Of a DNA stretch of 64,000 nucleotides, positions 13,083-25,284 are shown in pieces. The DNA is taken from contig JALDTO010000142.1 in assembly GCA_023515725.1 (NCBI GenBank), forward strand, positions 1 to 64,000. The letters run 5' to 3'. The position numbers and the translations under genes are program-made. Numbering within the stretch: position 1 is the stretch's first letter; each line of letters opens with the position of its first letter. A model generated the notes under the pieces. It worked only from the letters and a program-made list of their open reading frames with translations, was not told the DNA's origin and ran no database searches. The stretch is from Amoeboaphelidium protococcarum X5. Lineage: Eukaryota; Fungi; Aphelidiomycota.

Positions 13083-13708
13083 ATTGCATATGATTTTAAT
13101 ATAACAATTATAATCTTGCGTTTAATATATACAAAATATTGTTGTACAAAAAAATTTAAATCGTAAAATAGAAGTGGAGAGTAAGACTAGTAATACTAAC
13201 AGCATCATAGATTGATCTAACAGCCAAGCCATTTGTTTCAAAGCGATATCACGGTGACCAATCAGCGTCGACACAATCTTGCACAACATCGACACCTGAG
13301 ACCAACCAATCCCTATCTATATCATTAGAGATATTCGTTGTCAAGGTTTTTGAAATTTTACTTGATGCAAGTATCCGTGACCAAAGCTCAGCCATTTAGT
13401 TTTAATCGAGAAAGTTTCACAGACATCTCTCACTTCTGTAAGTACAGTAAATGCTACGATTTAACACACGATTTAAAGGTGCAACCAGATCCAAGTTTTC
13501 TACTTTAATCAAGGCTGTATTCATAACAGTTTAGTCACCTCAATCATGGTGAACTATATGTTTTGATTAAAAGACTTAACTAGAATTACGCAATTCAATC
13601 ACGTCCCCCTTGACAATTCGCTTTCAAGTTCCAGGGGACTTTATATGTTTTTCATCCACTGCTTAGTAATTCAACATTTTTACCATAAAAAATCGATTGA
13701 ATTGAAAT

Positions 13709-14836
13709 ATGCAGCTGACTCTCATTTTAGTTTTTGTAATATCAGTTCATTGTATTCCAACATTTAATGGAAGGTAGAATTCTGATATTGAAGCAGTTTA
13801 GGATAGAGGATAGTCCTCTGAGATTGATGTGACGCGTCCGATATCTCCTGACGTGGAAAATGAGATTACAGACAGGCTAGACAGTCTAACACTCAATGGA
13901 GACAATACCCTTGTACGTGATACACCTAACTAAGAAGATTTAAATGAGTTATATGTAAGGGATAGAAGATAATCTGGAGACATAGACGCGTCCTTGACAT
14001 AAGCATAGTCGCAGAAGTAATTGAAATCATCAAGAAATAATAGAGCTCGTCAGTAACAGACTGAAGATCTTGATAGCATCTTGCCCTCTGAGGAGTAATT
14101 AAAAATCGAAAGGCACCGAGTGGAAGAGTTGCTCATTAAATTTAATAATGATCTTTTAAAGATGGATGAAGTGTAAGATACTGTAAAGAGTATGATCAAG
14201 GAAATGAGTTAAATTGACTGGGATCACCTCAATAGATTGGAAAAATTGCTGAAAGAAGCAGGTAAAACTGACGGCTTCCCCGAGGCTTGTTCTCAACTGG
14301 GAAACATGGCCAAAGGTGTTTATCCTGATATGAGTAAAATGGCGCGTTATCTTCAAGGCCCTGTACAGGAAGTTTTGAGCGCGAAATTTTATGACTACTC
14401 ATAGCCGTAGTAACAGAAGTTGCTTAAACTCAAGGCAGTTGTAAAACAGCTAGCCAAAAAGCTGGAAAATTTCTTGGAGCGCGCCAGAAAGAAAGCCTTT
14501 GACTACTATGCTTAAGAGACATTTATTGTCATGAAACACAATGCTGCGATTTCCATGAAGATGATGGAGATATTTAAAGAGCTGGAGGTTTACATATTTG
14601 ATCATAAGCGCGAATGGAGACCGGATGAAGAGTTGTTGGCCAATGCAGATGCGATTGAGCCTATGCTGGACAATTTATTATACTTAAAATCGCAGCAAGT
14701 TTACCGAGACACTTATCACGTCTCCTTGCCCGAGGATTTAGTGAAGAAGGCTGCGGCTGTGGTTGAAAGCATCGTTGTTGCAAATGAGTTGGTGGTAGAT
14801 TTAGCTGAAAAGCTATAACGAATTAAAAGTAAATGA
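13709..14836 (+). CDS. Secreted orphan helical protein (effector candidate)
   Basis: MQLTLILVFVISVHC signal peptide. 375-aa open frame in table 6 ending TGA. No recognisable domain. Confidence 0.75.
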
Positions 14837-15018
14837 TTTAATTGATTAATTAAAAGAGATTTTTCACAATGGTCCTTATTTTAGCGTAAAATTTAAAGTT
14901 GGAGTATAGTTTCCCCCTTTCTTGATCTATGTCCCCTTACTGTTAGTAATTTTTGATCATTTTTTAGAAGATCTTTACTTAGCTTGGTATCTAGCTTTGT
15001 TGATTGCTGATTATATTT

Positions 15019-17526
15019 ATGATGAAAATGCTTCTGGCTTTGATTTTGTATACCGTAGCATTACGCGCTGTGCCAGTCTTGTAGGCCCCATCACACGCTG
15101 ATATCATATAGGAGACTGGTTCTCCATAGCATTATATGGAAAGCAGTGCATCCTTAGCGAATGCTTAGCCTGATATTTAACTTGTTGAAGATGAGGTGTC
15201 ACCATTGAAGGTGGACTAGACATACCGCGCTAGTCTTTTAGAATTCAATAAATAGTTTAATCTGGAGTAGAGAGCCATCATGAACCAGAAAATCCGTGAA
15301 GATCTTTCCCAATAGCTGGCGGAGGTAAAGTCGCGTTTGAGCCCTGTCGAAGTGGTTGAATGGTCACCATCTAATGTAGATTTATCGCGTGCCATCGATT
15401 AATAATTTCATGTGTTGGTAGATATCGCTTAGTAGCTGTTCTATATAGACTGGAATGAAATCAGAACTGTATTTCCCCAATTGATGAAAGATGTTCGCAC
15501 TGATGTATTTCCGTAGTAGAACGCTGTGATTGATGAGGGTCTTAGAAGAGCACCCAACTTTGAACATATGGAATAAGCGCTGGCTTAAATGCTCTAGATC
15601 ATACGCGCTATTTAGAAAAGCATTGTTTTGATGGAAATTAAAGATGTCTAGATGGAAAGTCAGCTCGAGTCTTTAAGGCAGTTTTATGAGACTGTAGTCA
15701 GATCATTCACCCTGGAGGAGGAAACGTATCTATCAATATATGCTAGCTAGACATTATTTATGGGCGAGTATAATATGCATATTGTTGGCTAAATTGAGGA
15801 TATTTTAGAGAAGATCGAGGATTATGGTAAATTGAAATTTGATTATCCTGCTCCGTCTGATGGTGATGCTCTGAGTAGGTATGCTGAGCAATTGGTGGAA
15901 CTCAAATCTAAATTACTACCTCGCTCGCAATTGGAAAAGGGTCAGGCAAGCCAGAACAACATTTTGCTCGTTATAAAGCAGTTTGATGCTGTGAAGAATG
16001 TCCTATAAGAGGTGGACTATGTTCTGGAGCAGATATAGCCTCATCAAGACGCGTCGCGTTTGCAATTGTCTGTTGAGCCTACAGCATATACTCAAAGTGA
16101 TGCTTTAAATGCGGAGATGGAACAGATGGCGCCGCCTTCGTAAAACTAGTAGTAATTGCTCTCAGAGGATAGTGATCATAGTAAAAGTGATGCGTTTGAT
16201 GAAGAAGCAGAATAGATGGCCTCACCTTTGAAAGCTTAACTATCGTCCGTTGAGAATTCAGATTATCGTACAAGTTATGTTTTGGATGAAGAAATTGCGC
16301 AGAGGGCCTCATATTTGCAAAGCTAAGAATCATTGCCCACTGAGGATATAGAGTACCCTCAAAGTCATGCTTACGATGCAGAGATAGAGCAGGCGAGTGA
16401 AGAGATTGCGAATCTTGATTTGCAGGATGATTTCTACGTCAATACTAATGATGTTATTCATGCTGAGTCTCCAACCTTCCCACCGCTCTCAATGACACCA
16501 GAGAAGCCAATTCAAGTCGCTAATAGGTTTGATACTCTCGTGGACTCCGATCCTATTGATGTCGAAACTGAAGAATCTACTATCGCTTAGTTAACTGAAC
16601 AATAGCCATTTAGTGACTAATTGGAGCCTGCTGGCGAGATCACAGATATTTCAGAGTCTGATGCTCAAACTATTAGTAGTAAGACGTATCCCAAGAAGAA
16701 AAAGAAGGGTAAAAAGAAGGCGACTGTTAATCCATAGCTCAACGGCTAGAAGGAAATTGAAAGACTGACAACTGAAAAATCTGTTGATGAAATCGTTAGT
16801 TCTTAATTGAGAGAAGCTAAACAGGTGAAGGAGCTCATGTCACAAATTGAGGAAGTAGCATCAATGGCAAAGAAAGGAGAACACAATTTGAATGGTATTG
16901 ATTGGCGTGATATTTAGAACCTGCAGACTCTTCTTTATCGAAATCATATGAAATCAGATATTAAGGATGTTCAATAGCTGCTGTCTCAAAAGCTATTCAA
17001 CCTAGTTCAGGAGCTGAAATTTATTAGCTATGCTCACAGTTCTGGCATGAAGATTGTGGCGTCTGTCGAGGACCAGATTCTGAAGTAAAATTTTAAGAAT
17101 GCCCAATTATCCACTAGTGTGTTCACCACTTACCGTTCTCTCAACAAAATGATTCAAGCTGCCAGTGTCGTCTCGGGTAAGATTCGAAATCAATATTCCA
17201 CCGCGTCAGATGTTATATTTGAGCATAATGCGTTTGTACTAGTTGCATTGAAGTATCTGCGTGATGATATAAAGAAGCTAATGTCAAAGAGGAGTGAAGA
17301 AGAACTAGCTGGCAATGCAGAAACGTTAAATTCTCTGATTCAAAGATATCAAACTTATGTGACCTTTTTATTGCCAGATTACAATTATAGTCTATCAGAA
17401 AGTAAAAAGAGCTAGCATGATGCTTATTTGGAAACTCTTGAGAAGGACATCAAGGAATTGACCAAGTATGGTGAGACTGTATAGCGCGTATTCAATACTC
17501 TGATTAAGGGGTTGAAGGAGAAATGA
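15019..17526 (+). CDS. Secreted orphan coiled-coil protein with internal basic NLS-like tract (effector candidate)
   Basis: MMKMLLALILYTVALRA signal peptide. 835 aa. PKKKKKGKKK near 16690. The ORF-track fragments at 16333 and 17119 are in this frame. Confidence 0.8.
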
Positions 17527-18000
17527 GAATTCTAGATAGACTAAAATTTATTATTTACACGTTTAAGTTGACTTCTCAGGAAGTTTGATATTGAATGTTA
17601 CTTGGCAGCTTAGTACGAAATTTTTATTCCATGTAAGTACTCTGGATTTGACAGATCTCAGACCTTTAAATCCATCAAAAGGTGTGCTGTATAAGTAACT
17701 ACGGTACGCAGCGAGTGATGTTCTACACTTGCGACTACTTTCAAAAGATAGGAGAGTGAGTGTACCGGTAGAGTTGGATTTGGTGTAGCTAGTTGTCATT
17801 ACATCGTTTTTGGCAATGTATCACACTTTGGATGTGTTTTGATTAAGTGCTAACAGGCTACAGAGAAATATCATGCATAGTCCTTATCAGGCGCTAAATC
17901 TCCTTAAAATCTCGATAAAAATTTTGATGATTTTTCGTTGATTTGTACCCCCTCCTGCACTCCTTCTAAACTTTAAACTAAGAGTGCTGATCCGACTATC

Positions 18001-18576
18001 ATGAAGATGATGAAAAATCTTTATGCTCTGATTCCGTTTATCGTAGTAGTACGCGCCGGACCAGTTAAATAGCTATCATCTAATTCTTATGGTGCACAGG
18101 CGATTGGTGCCGCGCATCTTGACGTCGGAATCCCTCCGCATAATAATGCTATTGAATAATTGCACGAAGCATCTCATCATGGTAATGTGGCCCCGGTGCA
18201 GATAGATTAGATCAATAGCGATAATTATTTGGATTATCTCTAGCACCATAATCTTATGGAGAGAGCTACTATGAACTAAAAAATTCGTGAAAGGCTGTCT
18301 GATAAGTTGGATGAGGTGAAGTCGCGTTTTAGGCCTGTCGACGCCGTTGAATGGTCACCACTTAATCTAGATTTATCGCGTGCAATCGACTAATAGTTTC
18401 ATGTACTGGTAGGTATTGCTTAGTGGTTGGTCGATATAGACTGGAATGATATTAGAGCTGTATTTCCCGCGTTGCTAAAAGATGTTTGCACCGACGTATT
18501 TCCTGAGTAAAACGCTGTGATTGATGAAGGTCTCAGAAGAACACCAAACTTTGAATATTTAGAATAGGCGCTGGCT
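18001..18576 (+). pseudogene. Paralog of the 15019 secreted protein, truncated by the transposon
   Basis: Signal peptide MKMMKNLYALIPFIVVVRA. 18262-18576 aligns with 15271-15585. Similarity stops exactly at the element's left end (GCGCTGGCT|TACGGAATCC). Confidence 0.85.
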
Positions 18577-19366
18577 TACGGAATCCGAGAGCCGCAAAAG
18601 CGCGTCGCTATTTAAAAAGCAGAAACGAATATTTGTTTCTTACAACTGTTTTTGTTTTTAATGTTCGAGAGCCGCAATCAGTGCCTCACATTAATACATA
18701 ACGTTTTTGCACTTGTAATACGCGAATGCGACTTAACAAATTGATTAATTTTTGTGATTACTTTCTTATTTATATCATGCTGCAAAATCAAATGTATTAG
18801 TCATGCACCGTGTGTGTGTTGCTTTACTTTAATGTGCAACTTGCGCAACTGCAGCAGTATTGGTGTAAATATCTCAAGATTTTTAATATAGCAGTATTTG
18901 CTCCGCTTCTCTAGTAAAGAAATATATGCACCAAACCTCAAGCAAAAATTTGCAAACTGTTTGTGAGTAGTGGTTGCTCGATCTTTGTCACAACTGATTG
19001 CTTGATGCGTTAATCTCGAAACTGGCGCTTGCAATTTAACAGTAAGTAAGCGATTATTTGTGATAAATTGTTTTGATACTGAATGATACTTTATTATCTC
19101 TTACACACTATTCACTAAACTACTTTTTAACAACGTACAATCTTATTTGCGAGATAAGCATACAGGTATAAGCAATGCAGCATTGGGACGCCGTAGTGTT
19201 GTCATTACTTGCTGCGCCACCCCCCTTACGCCACTCTAAGATCTTACGCAATCATATTATTAATAACAGCTCTCATAGTTCAGATAACTAAAACGCGACA
19301 AATATACGCAATCTCTTTAGTTGATATCTATATCCTAGTGTCTTTTGAATAGAATCAGTATCAAGC

Positions 19367-21382
19367 ATGTTTAATCCGTTGTAAGATGTGTTATGTCCCA
19401 ATTCGTCCGGACTCAAAAGGGAGGACTGTCATTGTGCTGGATGTAAATCTTGGCAATAGGCGCAAGCCTAGTTGATGCATTCACAAATGCAATTTGAGTA
19501 AAAGAAAAAGCTTGCGGTGCAGACAAGAACCGAGTCAATGGTAAATAGATTGCACAGTGGATACCAGACTAAGCCGCCGCCCCCTGTTCATAGAAACGGT
19601 CCTGGTAGTGGAAATAGAGGTTTGACGCGTAAAAACGCGCTGGTGCAAATTAGCATTGTCCCTTGTATTTCAGGATCAAAGGTTGGATAATTTAAGCGTC
19701 TGGAAAATGTTGGCCCATAGATGATTTAGATTGACAAGTATAATGACAATTATCAATCTGTCTTAGCATAAGCTTGTGCATTGTTTCACTATCAAGTTGA
19801 GCAATCGTCAATTGGACAAAGTCAAATCCACCAAATCCCCTAATTTGGAGTTGATTTTGACGTAATATAATGGACCCAGAATATTCAATTGGCAGGATGT
19901 AAGTATACCTCTAATAAGGATAAGGTGCTATATTTGATTCCGTTGGTTGAAAGCAATCGCGTGTAATTGCATCCTAGTTTAAAGAGAAACTATGAGTCTC
20001 TACAGTAGCTGAATTTTTTGAATGTCGAGGACTTTGATTACTAGTATGGTTTGCCAGATGAGAAGATGCAGGATAAGGATGATTTTGAAATTGTTGAACC
20101 GACGCGTACTTTAGATGAGCCTATTATTCAACCTGTCAAGCCTGTCAAAAAGATCAAATCTGCGCAGGAGTCTACGATCATACCTGTCAGTTCAAATGTT
20201 GCGAGAAATAGTTAGATTGAACATAAGAATAAGTTTTGCTAGTTTGAAAACATTTCCAAGGTGTCCCCTCAGCGTGTAATAAAAAATACGCGCTCCTTGT
20301 AAGGCAGTGTGGTTGTGCATGTCTACGACTATGAAACAGGCTCCTGGTTCACTGAGGATCCAGGAGTAGTTGGAATGCCAGATCTGGCAGGAAAGACTAA
20401 CAAAGGGAATATAAAAAGATGCTACTATAATGGATCTCTGGTCAAGTTTTTTCCAGATCTGCCAGTAGTCTTTAAGTGCGCAATTGATAAGGATGACGAT
20501 GATTATGGATTACATGCTAGGGAAATATTAAACTCTGTTTGCGCTCAAAGGTGCTTCCTAGATTTTGACGCGGAATTGATTAAGACGCTGCTGGGTTAAG
20601 AATATCTATAGGTTGCTGGTGAGTAGCGTGGAGTTTGTGCTGGCGTGATGCTGGAGATTAGAGACAAATAAAATGAGGAATTTGGTGATATGGTGGATCT
20701 AGCAAAGATATGGACAGTTGAACCCTTCGTAGATGGCCAATTTGTGAAGTATATCGACAACGAGCATTTTATGCAAATTTGTGATGATGATCAGACTTAT
20801 GAGGAGAACTTTCGTGAAGAAGTGGCCTGGGCTTTTGCCCATTACTCCTATTATTGGTTTGAGAAGGAGAACTACGAGTAAATGATAGTTGATATTCAAG
20901 GCTCTAAGTGTCACTTTACAGATCTTTAGGTGTGCACTGTCAATGGCACCGATTGCAGTATTGGCAATATGGGTTTACCAGCAATTGTGAAGTTCTTCGT
21001 TATGCACTAGTGCAATTAGATTTGCAAGGCTTTGCATTTAGATGTCGCGACCATTCCGTCTTTAGTAATGGAGAAGATTATGGAAGATTCTCTCTTAATG
21101 GATAAATTCGAGTCCACTGTGTTTGGATCTCCAGCATAGGCCGCTCCTAATCCTCTTGGATAGTAGAAGACATCATTGAAGTCGGATGTCTCCATAACTT
21201 CTGTGTCTAAACAGGTAGAAGTTAATAATCAAGCCACTCAGGATTTGCAGATAGTAAAGGAGAAATCTAAGATTAAGTTGGTGGATCCTATTGTTAAAAA
21301 CATACGTCCGTCTAGCAGAAGACCTAATACGCGTGCTAAAAATGCTGCGTAGAAGAAATTGCCAACTTTGACTGAGGATTGA
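19367..21382 (+). CDS. Alpha-kinase (eEF2K/MHCK/TRPM7-type atypical kinase) domain protein inside the transposon
   Basis: VVFKC, WTVEPFVDGQFVKYIDN, AFAHYSY, IVDIQG, FTDLQV, GNMG, HQCNQICKAL. N-terminal C-x9-CxCxxC cluster. 671 aa in table 6. Confidence 0.9.
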
Positions 21383-21467
21383 GTATTTAGTAGCTCTGGT
21401 GGAGTTAACAATGAGTACGTAAAGATAGTAATAGCAATAAGAAATTTTTAATTATTCAGACCATTCT

Positions 21468-22847
21468 TCACTAAGCAATTTCCTACCCTCTCACTTACTA
21501 TTCTGCTATCAACAATTAATCTCTAAATGCATCCAGCGCGCTTACGAGATCGCCATCGGACACTAAAGCCTTGAACACATCTTGACAATTGTCAAAGGTA
21601 AGTTGATCAAAACCTTTCTCTATAACAACTTCATCAATAAGATGCCTAGCGTAATTAATTCTAAACCTATCATTCATATCTATAGTACTTGGTCCAAACA
21701 ATTGAATAGCCATATCACGCATGTCTTGAGGAGGCTCCAAACCACATTCTACTCCATCAAACATCTCGGGAACTTGATAACGCATGATGGGCTGTCCTTG
21801 ATTTCGAATCTTATGGTAATTCCACAAGGTGGTAATTTTATCTAAACACTCAGCGATATAATGTCCAAAACAATACTGAGAAATTGTCTTATGAGAATAA
21901 AGCGTGGTATTAAAATAACCTGCAAAGTGAAGATTGTTCAGCGTTCCTATCCAATATTCAAGCCCATAATGATTCTATCTGCCCCAGTAACTTTCTATAC
22001 GCGTATTGAAATTGGATGAACCCACAATATAAGAGTTCTCACCTACCAATATTTCTTGCAATTACTTGATGTAATTGTTCTCAGTTCCGCCATCAACACG
22101 AACTTTTCCAGGCATAACATTGCATTTGTCAGCCGCATCCAGAAAATATTCCAGTATGTAACGCGCGGGCCTATTCGTATCTGCGACCATACTAAACACA
22201 ACATACCTACTAAAACCATCTACACACGCACTTATTCCAAAGCCAAACTACGACAGCTTATCGAAGCCATCTATATGCCACACTTAATTAGGACCATCAT
22301 TTTAATATTCACGGCGTTTCAACTTGCGCCTTTTACGCATTTACACAGCCTCTGGATTGTCGAATCTTTAGCAAACCATAACCATGTCTCGAGATACTTA
22401 TTGGCCTGATAGTTCACGAAGGACTTATGTAGTTGATCTAATTCCCAATCTTTCACCTTCATCCTGATTTACAACATGCACTAAATCCAAAACTTCGACA
22501 GGAGATAGCGCACAATGTCTCGTTCCAATTTAATGCTGCGACAAAATCGATTGCAAAGTCCTTAAGGACATTTAAATATTATGCTTCTATTTCAGCCAAT
22601 CCAATAATTATTGTTAAGTGGACCCGCCATTAATTAGATGGCGAGCTTCTTCAATCCAATGTTCACTTTAATCCGCAAATGTGGCTCTATTTAAAGCAGT
22701 ACTCAATCCATGTTCAGTCATAAACCGGTCCAATTTGGACTTGGAGCAGATTGTTCCACTAGAATTTAGAGTATCTAAAATTTCCTTGCGCTTCAAACCT
22801 TAATTTACTAACTGCCGTACCTGTTCCAAGTCGATTTCTTAAGACAT
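21468..22847 (-). CDS. Integrase-core (RNase H-like DDE) transposase with N-terminal HTH-like region
   Basis: KRREYQNDGPNQVWHIDGFDKL, ACVDGFSR, PGKVRVDGGTEN, SNFNTRIESYW, WNYHKIR. 459 aa, uninterrupted in table 6. Confidence 0.9.
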
Positions 22848-23062
22848 TTTGCTGCAAAAAATGAATTCGAGTTAAGATGTCCCCTATTATAAGGCGGATA
22901 TAGTGCATGATAAGAAACAAAATAGCAATGAATTTATTTTTAAAATTACAAAACAAAATAAAAATTAAAAATCATTTAAAATATTAATGGGAACTTTCAT
23001 TTTACTTTCTATGTTTAGTAATTTTAAACTGCGAGGCGGTTTTGCGTTTCTCGAACTCCGTA

Positions 23063-23328
23063 CGCGTCGCTCTAAAGGCGATCGATTGGCGCTGTGGATT
23101 AAGAATAGCGACGACAATGAGAAGGTGATGGAGATTGGCGCCAAGTTTGTGGTGGCTCTTGACTTGGCAAAGTAGAAGGACCTGCAGATTGAGTTTCATC
23201 CTCACTCCAAGGTGCTGACTTCTGTATCTCATGGAAGCAAAAGCAGAAGTAACAATGCTCTCAACGGATTATCAGACATTGACATGAACTAGATGAAGAA
23301 GAGAATCGGCGAATTGTCTCAAGCTTGA
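23063..23328 (+). pseudogene. 3' fragment of an eIF4E-family gene, 5' part removed at the transposon end
   Basis: RRSKGDRLALWIKNSDDNEKVMEIGAKF...IEFHPH resembles the eIF4E C-terminal strand/helix region. It begins at the right TIR and ends TGA. Confidence 0.7.
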
Positions 23329-23519
23329 AATGTTCTATGGAATGGTTAGCCAGAAGTTGGGATTAAGTTAAAGATTTTGTGATTTATTTTGATATATAAA
23401 GTAGTTATCTCTTGGTAACGTATAGAGTTATGGTAACATGGCATGTCGCGCCAAGTTTAATAATCCAAATGTAACTGAAAACGCAGTTTGAGAAACTTAC
23501 AACAATACTCAAAGTATAT

Positions 23520-24932
23520 TCAACAATTTTCACAATCAGATGAAGACAAATAATGTGTTTAAAAGTGATCCAGAGCTGTAGACTCTTCGTAATTCAACGT
23601 TTCTACCGCTGTAACAGCAGGATAATCTTCATCTCCATCTCTCTCGGATTCATCATCATGATCCAAACTTCCCGTCAGTTAAATAAATTCAGCCAAATGT
23701 TACACTCTCACCTCTTGATATAAAATAGTCCCATCAACTGTTTCGCCGCACTTGAAGCGTGGAACAACACGTCCAGCATCTTGTTTAACACCACCTTCTT
23801 CTTCATTTCCTTTCCCATCAATATCATCATATTCATCACCATAACGCACCCTTTTACTGATCTTGACTTTCTCAATACTGTCAGGAATGAACTGTTATGA
23901 TCGCTTTCTACCAGATGCAAGGCGTTCTGACTATTATCTGGGGCTGTGAACGGCATTAGCAGCAGGAGTCTTTGAAAGACGTGACACCAAACCTAATTAC
24001 TATTCAGAAGGCTTCCTCAGTAGGCAGATAATGAGTGCCTTCACCAGTCGATCCCCAATTGGTTCGGATGCATTTGCTCCATCATCCGCTGAGAAGGGGT
24101 ACGTAAATACTTCATTACGTCCCTCATTTTCAACGAAGATCTTGAAGCGGACAGGACTAAGCAAAAAGATTGGTGCATTCAATGAGTACAATGCAGCAAA
24201 CATTTGCGCAGTTCTTGAATCTTGATACCAATGCTGATTGTAAGGGAATGCAGTGCGACTTTTTAATTCTGTGCCAAGCAAAGTAAACGGGACATGATTA
24301 CAATCTTAGAAGAACACATCCATGCAAGATTAATAATCATATTCAGATTTAGCCATTAAGCCTCCGATGCGAGATTTATGCTCTGCTGATGGCCTGGCTG
24401 CAACTTAAAGAGTTATAGCTATGTGACACACCAAAATAACGATAAAATTGTTGATATCAGGCTCAGACTCCGCTTCTTGCAGAAATCTCAAGTACATCTG
24501 GACAGTTTAATTATTACTGACCTTTTACCAATGTTTTACCCATTCTTCACGCGAAACTTTAAGCAAAGTAGCCAAATTATCAAGACCTGCATCTCCATGG
24601 TCCAGAGAGAGAATGTTTCTATAAATTGCCGGGTGGAATAAAACATGCTTTAACTTGGACGCATGAGGAAAGACTATTACACGAACTTGCTTACTTGAAC
24701 CATTATCCTCTGACAGTGATGACACCCTGACTGAATCTTTCTGGACAAATTCATCGAGCTTGGAGCAATGAGATTAGAGCAATTCTTGCAATGGAGTTTT
24801 AACATTCTATTCCAAGTCATCATCAATATCGACCTCCACTTCATCTAAGATGTCCACGATTGATCCAGATCTGGAGAATTTGGCTATATGTAACCACTCG
24901 GCTCTACTCGAACCACTTAAGGATTTAATCTC
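23520..24932 (-). CDS. PD-(D/E)xK nuclease-like (Crinkler-toxin-type) protein, 5' end uncertain or decayed
   Basis: About 470-codon open frame in table 6 with MDVFFQDCNHVPFTLLGTELKS (D..ExK) and WYQDSRTAQMFAALY. Bounded upstream by an in-frame TGA at 24933-24935. First Met at 24497. Confidence 0.55.
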
Positions 24933-25284
24933 TCAAGACTTTGATTGAACGTAGGTATTATTGACATATGACGCGTTCAATAATATTCTGCAATGATAGT
25001 AAGTAGATACTTTAACAGTTAGACTAGACACCGTTTCACTTTGACACTAAACAAAAAGTACAAAGGCAATACTGTTTCACCGGAATGATGGCGAAGATCG
25101 GTGAATTCCGGTGATTCTTACAATGGAGCGTTTACCGTAGACATCGACTGATCTGTCAACCTTAACCCAAACAGCGATCAGTTTGATTGGCTGATTTTTT
25201 ACGCGTACTGTCCGCTCGTGCATTTAATACACTGTAATTGTTGAAGATTTAAATTGCAGAAAATATAACCAAAGGATAACAAAA

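Larger units (their letters stand above)
18577..23062. mobile_element. TIR DNA transposon, IS3EU-like, with two convergent ORFs (alpha-kinase and DDE integrase)
   Basis: About 40-bp imperfect TIRs: left TACGGAATCCGAGAGCCGCAAAAGCGCGTCGCTATTTAAAA, right TTTTAAACTGCGAGGCGGTTTTGCGTTTCTCGAACTCCGTA. TAY..RTA termini. Subterminal CGAGAGCCGCAA repeat near 18666. Both ends truncate host genes. Confidence 0.82.

Noticed and set aside
13365-13613. Short table 6 ORF between the TBC gene and the secreted cluster
   Set aside because: No motif or compositional support. Open frames arise easily with a single stop codon.
18579-23060. Calling the element Tc1/mariner with a TA TSD, or an LTR retroelement integrase
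   Set aside because: The protein lacks Tc1 DD34E motifs, and no RT, gag or LTRs are present. TA fits as part of the TIR. A TA duplication cannot be excluded without more copies.
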